NCBI GenBank assembly: GCA_964016885.1
Contig: OZ024743.1
Span: forward strand, 358,918,001-358,982,000
Direction: 5' to 3'
DNA: 64,000 nucleotides
From: Eledone cirrhosa
Lineage: Eukaryota
Position 1 is the first letter of the stretch; every line of letters begins with the position of its first letter. The notes under the pieces are model-generated. The model was given only the letters and a program-made list of their open reading frames with translations. It did no database searches and was not told where the DNA came from. Below, one piece after another: positions 39,760 to 56,008 of this stretch. A program made the position numbers and the translations under genes.

Positions 39760-40343
39760 CCCCCCCTCATATCACCACCCCACCCCAGCCCCCCTTCCCA
39801 TTTCCGTCCCTCCATCTCTCATTATTACCCTCTTTCCTCCCCTCCATCTCTCATTATTACCTTCTTTCCTCCCCTCCAGGTCTTATATATTGTGTTGTAT
39901 GCCTCTGAGTAAAGTTCCGTGGCCGCACACACAAATTCACGTATATACCTGCTCATGTTTGCATACGTGCAGTTATGAACTGCTGCACGCACACGTTCAT
40001 GATTTATTTATCTATTTAACTTGTATATTTATTTAGTTATTTATTTATTTATTTATTTAGTTACTTTATTTACTTATTTATTTATTTATTTATCCATTTA
40101 TTTATTTACTTGTTTATTTATTTGCTTATATACTGGTTTATTTGTTTGTTTGTTCGTTTGTTAGTTAACTCTTTCATTTATTTATTAATTTATTTATGAG
40201 TGAATGATTAGGTATTAGATATAGGATAAAAGATAGGTAACGAATAGTGAATGGTAAATAGTAAGTAATAAATAATAAATAGTAATTAATTACTTGATGA
40301 GACTATTAATAACTTAATAGTGACATTAATTATTTTAATCCTC

Positions 40344-40530
40344 AAGGGCGGTGGATTGGCAGTATCAGTAGAGGGTCGGACACCATGCTTTCCAGCATAG
40401 TTACGTCCCTTTACGATCTGAGTTCAAATCCCGCCGAGGTTGACTTTGCCTTTCATCCTTACGGGGTCGATAAAATAAAGTACCAGTAATGCACTGGGTA
40501 ATTGCTGGCCTTGTGCCTAAAGTAGAAACA
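40344..40530 (+). mobile_element. Full-length SINE nested in PLE 3' UTR, with 19 bp TSD
   Basis: ATTAATTATTTTAATCCTC at 40325-40343 and 40531-40549; A and B boxes. The central GCCTTTCATCCTTACGGGGTCGATAAAAT resembles the Meta-type SINE domain (from recall). Confidence 0.92.
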
Positions 40531-40803
40531 ATTAATTATTTTAATCCTCTATCCAAATTTAAAATTTGTCCCACTACCTTTATATTATAGACACATGTAT
40601 GAGTGCGAACGAGTGCGTGTTTGTGCATATGCGTTTGTGTACTTATTTGTATGTATGCGTGTTTGCTTGTAAATGTGTATGCGTGTGTATGTATGTGCGT
40701 ATATATATGTATGTGTGTGTGTGTGTGTGTATATATATGTATGTATATATGTATATGTATGTATGTATATATATATATATATATGTATATGTATGGGTAT
40801 ATG

Positions 40804-40844
<41 letters not shown>

Positions 40845-41333
40845 GAGATTATATATGTATGTGTGTGTGTATGTGTATATATATATATGTATATATATAT
40901 ATATGAGATTATATATGTATGTGTATGTGTATATATGTATAATTATGTGTGAATGTATGTGTTTGTGTGTGTGTGTGTATGTATGTGTGTGCAAATGTAT
41001 GTATGTGTATGTATAGTATAGTTTACACGAGAGAGACATACGTACTTGTAGGTGTGTATATATATGTATATATATATGTATATGTGTGTGTGTATGTATG
41101 CATATATATGTATATATATATATGTATATGTATATATGTATGTGTATATGTGTATGCGCGCGTGTGTATGTGTAGATATATATATGTATATATGTGTGTG
41201 TATGTGTATGCGTGTGTGTGTATATATTTGTGTGTTTGTGTTTTTCCTGTGTATATATGTATATATGTGTATGTATGTGTGTGTGTGTGTGTGTATATGT
41301 ATGTGTGTGTGTGTGTATGTGTATGCGCACACA

Positions 41334-41364
<31 letters not shown>

Positions 41365-42072
41365 GTATGTGTATGTGTGTGTGAATGTGTAGGTGTGCAC
41401 ACACACACACTCATATGTATGTGTGTGTGTGTATATATATGTAAGTATATATGTATGTGTGTGTGTAAGTGTTTTTGTATGTGGTTGTGAGAATGTAAAT
41501 ATATTTTATTCTTTCCATTCTACAAAAACACTCTGGCCACCTGTGGCTTGTATGTTAACTTGACCACTCAGCCCAGTCTGTGCCATGATTCGGTCTTGTT
41601 AAATGCTTAATTTCTAATACCAACCCACCTAAAAAATTTCCCTACTATATATCTGTTGAATTACAATTCTTGGGGTTTTTATTTATTTATTTTTTATTTC
41701 TTTCTTTCTTTATTTTATTTATTTATTCATTTATCTATTTATTTATTCATTTATTTATTTATTTATTTACTTATTTATTTATTTCAAAAAAGCACTCTGG
41801 CTAATTGACCACTCCCCATAGAAAAAACGGCCTGTGCCATGTAGTGGTCCTGTGTATCTAAATACCCCCCCCCCATCCACCACCCTCCCTTGCCACTACC
41901 TAAATGTATAAATACCAGAACTTAATATGACACCCAGCTTCCTGAAGATTTCATCTGAATGAAACAGTACTAGTCCTGTAGAAGCTCCTTCTATAAAATA
42001 AAAAAAATTTACTCTGCCATGTATTGAGTACCTTACTTACTGTGGTTATCCCCGACTCAACCCGGGACCTAC

Positions 42073-42108
<36 letters not shown>

Positions 42109-42148
42109 GTGTATTATTGACGGACGTGAGGAAGTACTAATACCGAAG

Positions 42149-42264
<116 letters not shown>

Positions 42265-42780
42265 TTTACTTCTCTCGTAACCCCATCCAATATCGAATTA
42301 AACATTCGGTGGTGTTGTGAATACCAACCATGATTCAGATTCACCCCACGAAATACAATTACACAACTACCGATACCACGGTTAACAATTAATTAATCAT
42401 CTTTAACCATTTGACAATATATCATACCCGTATTAACAAAATAAACAGCGCAGACAAACGCCCCAAATTATGTAGGTAATATATTACACTCTCTTCAACA
42501 AAACATTTTACAAAAAGAAAATCATTCTACTTATCCCTTAGCTATCCTAACACTACACCGAACTAATCATATCAAGACAGAAACACTTCTTACAAAAGAC
42601 ATTTCAATGAGGACCTCAATCCACATGATATCTAAGGCATGATACTATAACATTTTAAAAGTTGTGTTTTGTGGCCGAGTAATTGTATTTGAGTGGTGGG
42701 TGTTTGTTGGTTTGTATTTGTGGTATTCTTTTATTTTGTTGCCGGTTGGGGTTGTGAGAAGATGTATATATATATATATA

Positions 42781-43320
42781 GTAATAATAATAAATTTGAA
42801 GACTAAAATCCAAAGAGGGCTCGATAAGAATAAATATATATCAAATATATAAGAACCGTAGAGCAAATATTTATTATAACACATTAAAGTTTAAGCAAAG
42901 AATCGCTGCTTTCACCCTTAACGGGATCTTCTGAAACTAACAAAGTCAATCTGTGAACGCAGAAGTGAATATTTCAAAAAACGTTGCAACCGGAGGAAAA
43001 CAGGAAGACGATACTTTGGTTCGTGGAAACGTTCCCCGGCAAAGAACGGGAAAAAAACGAATATAATACGTCATTATTTGGAGCAGTGAAAAACAATTAC
43101 ACGCAAAGACAGAACCACGTTTATGGCATAAAAGAAGTCGTAGACTAATATTCTATTAGGTGGTTCATAGAGACGTTCTCTGGCAATGAACGGAAAAAAC
43201 GAAGATATTACGTCATATGTGGAGCGTGGAGAACAATTGCACGCAAAGACAAAACCACGTAAATGGTATAACTGAAGTCGTAGATTATTTGCTTAAACTT
43301 TAATCTGTTATTTTAATTAA
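42781..43320 (-). mobile_element. PLE pLTR (HHR 42888-42938, U4A core) ending in a short inverted 3' fragment
   Basis: Reverse complement of 44965-45378. Contains an internal ~125 bp tandem duplication. Confidence 0.8.
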
Positions 43321-43493
43321 TATATATATATGTATATATATATATCCAGAGGCCCGACGTGCTTTTGATTCCAGAGTCGGGCCATTTTGATACAGATCAA
43401 ACCTTGAGCTAAGAAATAGCGAAATGCGCGTCACCAATCAATAAACGTAATGAAGGGTTAACAAATCGTCCTTGTATTATATATATATATATA

Positions 43494-43813
43494 TGTAAAA
43501 GGTAAACAGAAATGACAACACAATCGGTGCAGTATATAAAAGGGAAGAGGGTCTTAACGTTTCTTAACGTTTCTTCATCAGAAGAAAGAATGAGAAATAA
43601 GATAGATTGAGGGGACGGGCGGGCTGGAATTGGGAAAAATGTCTTCAGATAAAAATAACAGGTCCATTCATGTTGAGATCTTGCACAATTGTTGGTGCTG
43701 GCGTTTTGTGTATGGTTTTTTTTTTTTTTAGAAAAGTGGATGATAGAGCGCGTCTACCTGAAATGGAAAGAAACCGTTTTGTAAAAAGAGCTATACTTGT
43801 GCACGTGCGTAAG

Positions 43814-43891
<78 letters not shown>

Positions 43892-44135
43892 ACGTCCGTA
43901 CGAAGATAAGAAGAAATGTGTGTATATGTGAGTAAAATAGTTTGTGTGCATGTAAGTACGAAGCTATGAGAAAAACTATGTTAATATAAGGGTGTGTATG
44001 TGTGTATACAGAGCAGTGAAGGGAAAAGTGGAGTGAGCATATATAGTCGGTCTGTATTAGTTGTAAGAGAAGACGTTAATGATCAAGAGAAAGCGATAGG
44101 AATCTAGGGGTGTGATAATGGACGGGGTATTAGAG
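43494..44135 (-). mobile_element. PLE 3' UTR with broken HHR at ~43551-43585
   Basis: UCUU CUGAUGA A GAAACGUU AAGA AACGUUAAGA; stem II has been replaced by a local duplication. Confidence 0.55.
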
Positions 44136-44140
44136 AAATA

Positions 44141-44191
<51 letters not shown>

Positions 44192-44192
<1 letters not shown>

Positions 44193-45385
44193 GTAATAAT
44201 AATAAAATTGAAGACTAAAATCCAGAGAGGGCTCGATAAGGAAAATATATATCAAATATATATGGAAATACTCTACGCCACAGACCACATCTTAAACAAA
44301 AAATCTGAGGCAATTTCGGCTTGTAAACATAAATTGCACAAAACGTTCCTGTATTACAGCCCTACGTTATACCTTAACGGATAGCACGATCTATACGTGG
44401 ATATTTACGTCTTGATGTGGGAGCTAAGTATATGTTTTGTTTATTCCTTTACTTTTTGCATAGGTAAGTATATATTACCCGTATGTTTTGTGAAGGTATG
44501 TATACCTTCTCGTACGTATATTTGACTGTTTTGGCGTATAATTTTTACATATTCTGGTATTTAGGGCTTGGTTATGTGTATTTGTGAGTTTTGCGTCTGC
44601 GTGAGTATGCAGGTTCGTAGTATGGTGGGTGTGTGTATATGTTTACTTCTTGTTTTAGTTGACTTACGTCTCCGAACCTTCATGTATTGATTTGTAGGTA
44701 TGTGTGTGCGCTTGTTATATACGTATTTATTTACTTATATACGTTTATATAATTATTTATTTATTTGTACACAAGCATACACACATACACATATTTATAT
44801 GTGCGTGGTTTTGTATACCTATGGTAAGGTTTTGCGTATGCTTGTGTATGTACGTATCTGTTTGCGTGTATGTATTTATTTGTTCCTATTACTTCTGTAT
44901 TGTATTTATTTACTTTGTTCTTAACTCTGTAGCGGAGATTCATTCGGTCTCTTAGTTAGAATTTTAGTCTACAACTTCTGCTATACCATTTACGTGGTTT
45001 TGTCTTTGCACGCTATTGTTCTCCACGCTCCACATATGACTTATTATCTTCGTTTTTTCGTTCATTGCCAGAGAACGTCTCTATGCACCACTTAGAGAAC
45101 ATTAGTCTACGACCTCTTTTATACCATAAACGTGGTTCTGTCCTTGCACGTAATTGTTTTTCACCGCTCCTATTAATGACGTATTATTCGTTTTTTCCGT
45201 TCTTTGCCAGCGAACGTCACCATGAACCAAAGTATCGTCTTCCTGTCTTCCTCCGGTTGCAACGTTTTTTGAAATATCCAGTTCTGCGTTTACAGATTGA
45301 CTTTGTTAGTTTCAGAAGATCCCGTTAAGGGTGAAAGCAGCGATTCTTTGCTTAAACTTTAATCTGTTATTTTAATAAATAATAA
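44192..45385 (+). mobile_element. Naiad-type PLE 3' end (ORF tail 44265-44384; HHR 45308-45358) with inverted 5' piece 44192-44262
   Basis: EILYATDHILNKKSEAISACKH aligns with the LNK..E...CxH C-terminus of the other two endonucleases. Confidence 0.8.
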
Positions 45386-45402
45386 ATATATATATATATA
45401 TA

Positions 45403-45601
45403 TACGATATTAAATAAATGGAAATTATATTTATAAAACCATATTTATTTCATTATATATATTTCAGGGATATCATATTACAAATATGTTATGCCTTCTT
45501 CAGACAAAATACAATATAAACAGTCTTATAAATAGATAGATTGCTTTTATATCAGTTATAAATATTTACTCGTTGTAACCCAACAATTTAAATATAACTT
45601 T

Positions 45602-45672
<71 letters not shown>

Positions 45673-45703
45673 CATATATATATACATATATATATAAATA
45701 TAC

Positions 45704-45758
<55 letters not shown>

Positions 45759-47000
45759 CGATATTAAACAAATTATTTATAAAACCATATTTATTTCATT
45801 ATACATATTTCAGAGATACCATATTAAAAATATGGCATGCCTTCTTCAGATAAAATACAATATATAAGCAGTTTTATAAATAAATTTGACGTACCATAGA
45901 ATATTGATCAACTTCCATTTAAAAAAGTTGGTTTGGTAGTGAGATGTTTGTAAATATTTAGTGTTAAGTACAGTTAGAAAAGAAAGACGGAGAGAAGGAG
46001 TAAATGTATGTAAAGAAAAACAGAGAGAGATAGACGGAGAGAAGGAGTAAATGTATGTAAAGAAAAACAGAGAGAGATAGAGAGAGATATGATAGAGAGA
46101 AATAGTGAGGAGGTGAAAAATGAGAGGCAGCTGAGGTAACAGATGAATAATAATAATTCAACATGCAAAATGAGAGATTTAGGGGGGAGGGAGTACTGTA
46201 ATTATTTATTTATTTATTTATTTAGTTATAGTGTTAAGGAGACGGAGAAAACAGCGATACACAGATTACATCATGTATAGAGGGAGGAGAAGAAAGCTAT
46301 ATCTAGATAGAAAGATGACAGATTTACAACTATACGTTATGTTCTATCAATTTGAATTATCAATTTATATGAATTGGGTATTATACTGTAGATATCAATA
46401 TTCATGAATGAGACATAGATATATAATGTGTGAAAGATAATGACCATATGTTTAGTTTAAAAATTCTTAGGTCGATATATCAAAAACCTGAGATAAAACT
46501 TCAAAATACATAAGTATATATGTACTTTCCGGAAAAAAGAAAGAAAGAGAAAAAAAGAGAAGGTCATCTCAAGTTCTAGTTGACACTATAGATATACACG
46601 TGAGCATACGTGATCAGTTCAGTAATTTCTCATTTCACATGAAAAAATTTTCCTTTGCGTTATAGAAGATTTTACTACATATATATATATACATACATAC
46701 ACATACATAAAAATATAAAATATATATTAATATTAATATTAATATTCCAGCCCTACCATACATGATTATCGTTCATGTATAGAATATACATGAACGATAT
46801 ATATTCTATTTTATCTGAAGAAGGCATGCCATATTTTTAATATGGTATCCCTGAAATATGTATAATGAAATAAATATGGGTTTATAAATATAGTTTCCAT
46901 TTGTTTAATATCGTATATCTACTCCAAAACTTGTTGAGTGCTTTATATCAGTTATAAAATATTTACTCGTTGTAACCCAACAATTTTAAATAAAACTTTT
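45403..47000. mobile_element. AT-rich PLE pLTR family: minus copies 45403-45605 and 45757-45890, plus copy 46798-47000 (HHR core 46815-46863)
   Basis: CUGAAGA AGGCAUGCCAUAUU UUU AAUAUGGUAUCCCU GAAA UAUG UA; stem I is weak. Confidence 0.7.
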
Positions 47001-47013
47001 GCATATATACATA

Positions 47014-47085
<72 letters not shown>

Positions 47086-47241
47086 CATATATATATATAC
47101 ATATATATATATATATCTATATCCAAAATTAGGATAATCAAAATTATGGGTGTCATGCCAGAAACACATGCGCCATATCACCCGCAAAATAAGCTGTGAT
47201 TATTCATGTTTATTTATATGTTAATCAATTTGTAGTTATTA

Positions 47242-47402
<161 letters not shown>

Positions 47403-47426
47403 TGGTATAACAATATATATATATAC

Positions 47427-47565
<139 letters not shown>

Positions 47566-47578
47566 CATATATGTATAT

Positions 47579-47659
<81 letters not shown>

Positions 47660-47678
47660 TGTATATATACATATATAC

Positions 47679-47897
<219 letters not shown>

Positions 47898-47938
47898 CAT
47901 ATATATATGTATATATATATATATATATATATAAATAC

Positions 47939-47985
<47 letters not shown>

Positions 47986-47989
47986 CATA

Positions 47990-48245
47990 TAATGAAAAAT
48001 TGAACAGGGACAGAACAGAGAGGCAGTACGACAAATGTTTATTAAATTCACGCTCAGGAGAGTGGGGGGTAGGTGGGGGACGACGTTTCGGGCATAAGCC
48101 CTTCTTCAGGTGAGAGTTCAAAAGGTGTGTAGGGGAGTGGTGGAGAGACATATAGCGAAAGGAAACGGTGCGAATGAAAAATTCATAGAAATACAATTGT
48201 AAGAACACAGGCAAAGAATCATATACGGAAAAAAAGGGTACGGTA
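47990..48245 (-). mobile_element. PLE 3' end, family of 4870-5160 (HHR-like core 48079-48109)
   Basis: CUGAAGA AGGGC UUAU GCCC GAAAC GUC GUC. Confidence 0.75.
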
Positions 48246-48246
48246 A

Positions 48247-48278
<32 letters not shown>

Positions 48279-48325
48279 CACATATATATATATATACATA
48301 TATATATATACATATATATATATAT

Positions 48326-48388
<63 letters not shown>

Positions 48389-48409
48389 TATATATATATA
48401 TATATATGC

Positions 48410-48522
<113 letters not shown>

Positions 48523-48523
48523 T

Positions 48524-48649
48524 ATCGCTGCCATGTCCTGGTCTGTTGGAGACGCAGGACATGGCAGCGATAATGAGGGACAGAGACCGCTGGAGAGAAC
48601 TCGTCCATGGATCTCGGGAATTTTACCCGCCTTAGATAGATAGCTAGAT

Positions 48650-48650
<1 letters not shown>
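48524..48650 (+). mobile_element. RTE-clade LINE extreme 3' fragment with 5' fold-back and (GATA)n tail
   Basis: Encodes [20 protein letters not shown]...PP*, a typical RTE C-terminal M.DR..WR motif. A 17 bp inverted repeat sits at the 5' junction. Confidence 0.7.
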
Positions 48651-48732
<82 letters not shown>

Positions 48733-48755
48733 TATATACATATATATATATATAC

Positions 48756-48874
<119 letters not shown>

Positions 48875-48899
48875 TATATACATATATATATATATATAC

Positions 48900-48972
<73 letters not shown>

Positions 48973-48999
48973 CATATATATATATACATATATATATAC

Positions 49000-49030
<31 letters not shown>

Positions 49031-49031
49031 C

Positions 49032-49062
<31 letters not shown>

Positions 49063-49073
49063 CATATATATAC

Positions 49074-50478
<1,405 letters not shown>

Positions 50479-50479
50479 T

Positions 50480-50660
50480 TAGTGGATAGTGCAGTTTCAA
50501 CATATGTTGATTTAAAACTGCACTATCCACAAGTGTTTTTTAGCCTTCATATCATGTTCTCCTGTTTTATCTGATGAAAACACAAATATTATTGCATGAT
50601 GATGTTTGTTTTGAAATGCGCATAATAAAATACATGGAACTCCTTTAACCATCCTTTGAT

Positions 50661-50663
<3 letters not shown>
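50480..50663 (+). mobile_element. PLE pLTR end with canonical HHR at 50565-50630
   Basis: UUUUAU CUGAUGA AAACACAAAU...AUGUUUGUUUU GAAA UGCGCA UA AUAAAA. Confidence 0.85.
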
Positions 50664-50707
<44 letters not shown>

Positions 50708-50751
50708 CGGCGATGAATTATATATATATACATACATATGTATATATATAC

Positions 50752-50802
<51 letters not shown>

Positions 50803-50803
50803 C

Positions 50804-50892
<89 letters not shown>

Positions 50893-50990
50893 CATATATA
50901 TAGATATATATACATATATATACATATATATATATACATATATATACATATATATACATATATATACATATATATACATATATATACATA

Positions 50991-53075
50991 TAACGAAGGA
51001 AATGTGGTAAGGAACCAGGTGGACCATAACGCACCAAAGTACTCAATACTTGAGGTAGTAGAGTGGGTAATAGGAACCAGTAAGACCCCGACAGCTGAGC
51101 TCAAGCCGTTTCGACGGCTAATTCTGGACTAAATGAAAATTTATCCTGGTATTCAAATAGCCGATCTTCTCAAGGGGTAATTCCATATATGGTCAAAGTG
51201 ATTGTCAAAAATCAGTAGTAATTCTGTGGTTGCAAATTAGTAGGGGAGATGGTGGCTAAACCTGCCAGTAGGAGAAAGAGGGGAGGGGGTGGAGTAGACC
51301 CAATCAAGCGTTGGTAGTGCCAGCTACAGCTGTCTCCTCTAACAACAAAAAACTCAACCCCGATGGCAGAAATAACCTAATTAGCAGTGGAGAACCGACC
51401 AGGAGGTGTAACTGCCCGGATAGATCTATTTGCCCACTCGACAATAGATGCAGAGACCGTAATGTGATCTACCAGTGCAACGTGAGGACGGATACCTCCA
51501 ACAAAGCCTATATAGGACTTACCGCATGTGACTTCAAGACCCGGCTATACCAACATAGACATACCTTTCGAAACCCGGCCCGGTCACGCCACTACACTTT
51601 CGGGCCACATATGGGACCTCAAGGACAACAACATCACCTATGATCTCACTTGGAGATTACTGTCCAGAGCCAATTCTTACACGGGAGGACGCCGTCCGTG
51701 CAATTTATGCTCGGAGGAAACTTTACAAATGCTGTTTTCGACGGACCAACTCCTAAACAAGAAAGATGAACTGGTTACTGCATGTAAACATAGATTGCGT
51801 AGGACTTACCTCGCCCTCAAACCCCATAATGACCCGGGGGGGGGGTAGACTAGGGCTATAACACCCCAGTTGCCGATTTTGCAATGGGTAACCCTGCTTG
51901 CCAAGGAAGACGTAAGATCTTCTTTGTATTCTTTTATCGCTTCCTTTATTTCCTTCCCCCTCTCTCCTTTGTCCTTCTACCCCAGCTCTTCTCCTTTGTC
52001 GGCGTCTTTTCTCGCCCACCCGAGGCTGCCCTTTGGCCCCATGTAGCCTTAGTACCCCCCCCCTCCCCTAGTCTTTGATAGATTTGGCGGACTCCGCCCT
52101 TTATAGCAGTTGGCTTAGACCCCGGATACTTTCCCCCTTTTTCCGACCGCTCCCACTATTCTCTGTGCCCTCTATATTTCTTAGTGGCACTTATGCCTTA
52201 TTTTTTCGTTTCAGTATTTCTTGCTTCGCTTTTCTTCTGGGCGGGGTGGATTCTGAATTTATTTCTCCGTATTCTACCTTTATTTCGTACGAACTTCCAT
52301 GTAGCTTGTTTTAGATCTTTTAGAGTTAGCATTAGTATATATTTTTCTCGGGACTCAGAATTATTATCTCGTACAAGTTCACTTTGCTGCACTGGGTCGT
52401 TGCTGGCCCGGGATGGAAACCTTTATTGTTTATTTCGTGGTAGTCTCTTTAGTATTTTGGCCCCTTTTGTTGACCCGTCACCGTATCATTTACGTACTTA
52501 TACCTCTTAAAAGGGTCCTTGCCTTATCCGTCCCACCTAGTTCTCTTACTTATTTCCTTATTTATTTATTTATTTATTTATTTACTTCTTTCTTTCTTTC
52601 TTTATTTTATTCTCGCCTAACAATAACCTGACACATAGGTCGTTGAATTTAATTTACTTTACTTTTTTCTTTACACTTATTTGCTTTTCTTCACTCTCAG
52701 TATTTTTTCTTTCCTATTTCTACCCCCCATTGTTCTACCTACCGTTCCGACTTCCTCCCCCTCCCCCTCCCCTGTATCTTCTTTGACCTCATGCCCAGCT
52801 GTAGCTGGCACTACCAACGCTTGATTGGGTCTACTCCACCCCCTCCCCTCTTTCTCCTACTGGCAGGTTTAGCCACCATCTCCCCTACTAATTTGCAACC
52901 ACAGAATTACTACTGATTTTTGACAATCACTTTGACCATATATGGAATTACCCCTTGAGAAGATCGGCTATTTAAATACCAGGATAAATTTTCATTTAGT
53001 CCAGAATTAGCCGTCGAAACGGCTTGAGCTCAGCTGTCGGGGTTGAGCTCAGCTGTCGGGGTCTTACTGGTTCCT
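50991..53075 (+). mobile_element. Naiad-type PLE, 5' truncated, inverted 3' repeat 50991-51333; HHRs at 51085-51178 (minus) and 52950-53043 (plus)
   Basis: GIY-YIG remnant, 1.2 kb 3' UTR and near-identical inverted arms. Confidence 0.9.
51336..51848 (+). pseudogene. Naiad-type GIY-YIG endonuclease fragment with one frameshift (~51585)
   Basis: CNCPDRSICPLDNRC, VIY...YIGLT...FKTR..QH..TF / TTLSGHIWDLK, CNLCSEE, LLNKKDE...CKH. Confidence 0.88.
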
Positions 53076-55390
<2,315 letters not shown>

Positions 55391-55393
<3 letters not shown>

Positions 55394-55672
55394 TGGCTGC
55401 CAACTCGTTTTCGAGTACGGCCACTACTTTATATCCATGTAGGAGAACCCCTACCGAAGCGCTAAACAAGTGTGACTTTTAGTCCAGCCAGCGACTTGAA
55501 AACTCTGGTACAAACACTACACCTGTGACAATTATTGACACATAGTGCTGGGCCCTTGGTACCATGTGACGACAAGTGTAGAGAGATCTCCAGATATAAA
55601 GCAATGCCTGTGCCGTGAAGCTTTTATAGTGAGCAAAGGCACTGCACAAAGCCAGTCCCACTCTCTGAACCC
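55391..55672 (-). mobile_element. 3' half of the (TATG)n-tailed element, inserted in (TA)n
   Basis: Matches 27813-28095. Confidence 0.85.
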
Positions 55673-55679
55673 AAGATAT

Positions 55680-55783
<104 letters not shown>

Positions 55784-55891
55784 ATACATATACATACATA
55801 TACATATATATATACATATATATACATATATATATACATATACATATACATATATATATATACATATATATATATACATATATATATATAC

Positions 55892-55926
<35 letters not shown>

Positions 55927-56008
55927 CTCTTTTACTCTTTTACTCTTTTACCTGTTTCAGCCATCCGGCTGAGGCCATGCTGGGGCACCGCCCTTGTTGC
56001 TACACATT

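Larger units (their letters stand above)
38745..42073 (+). mobile_element. Naiad-type PLE, 5' truncated, with inverted 3' repeat (38745-39205 / 41550-42000) and HHRs at 38761-38811 (minus) and 41936-41986 (plus)
   Basis: GIY-YIG ORF, a long microsatellite-rich 3' UTR and ~450 bp inverted repeats. AGCUUC CUGAAGA UUUC AUCU GAAU GAA ACAG..CUGU A GAAGCU. Confidence 0.9.

Noticed and set aside
40344-40440. tRNA gene
   Set aside because: A/B boxes are present, but they are followed by SINE core and tail, flanked by a TSD and multi-copy; no cloverleaf.
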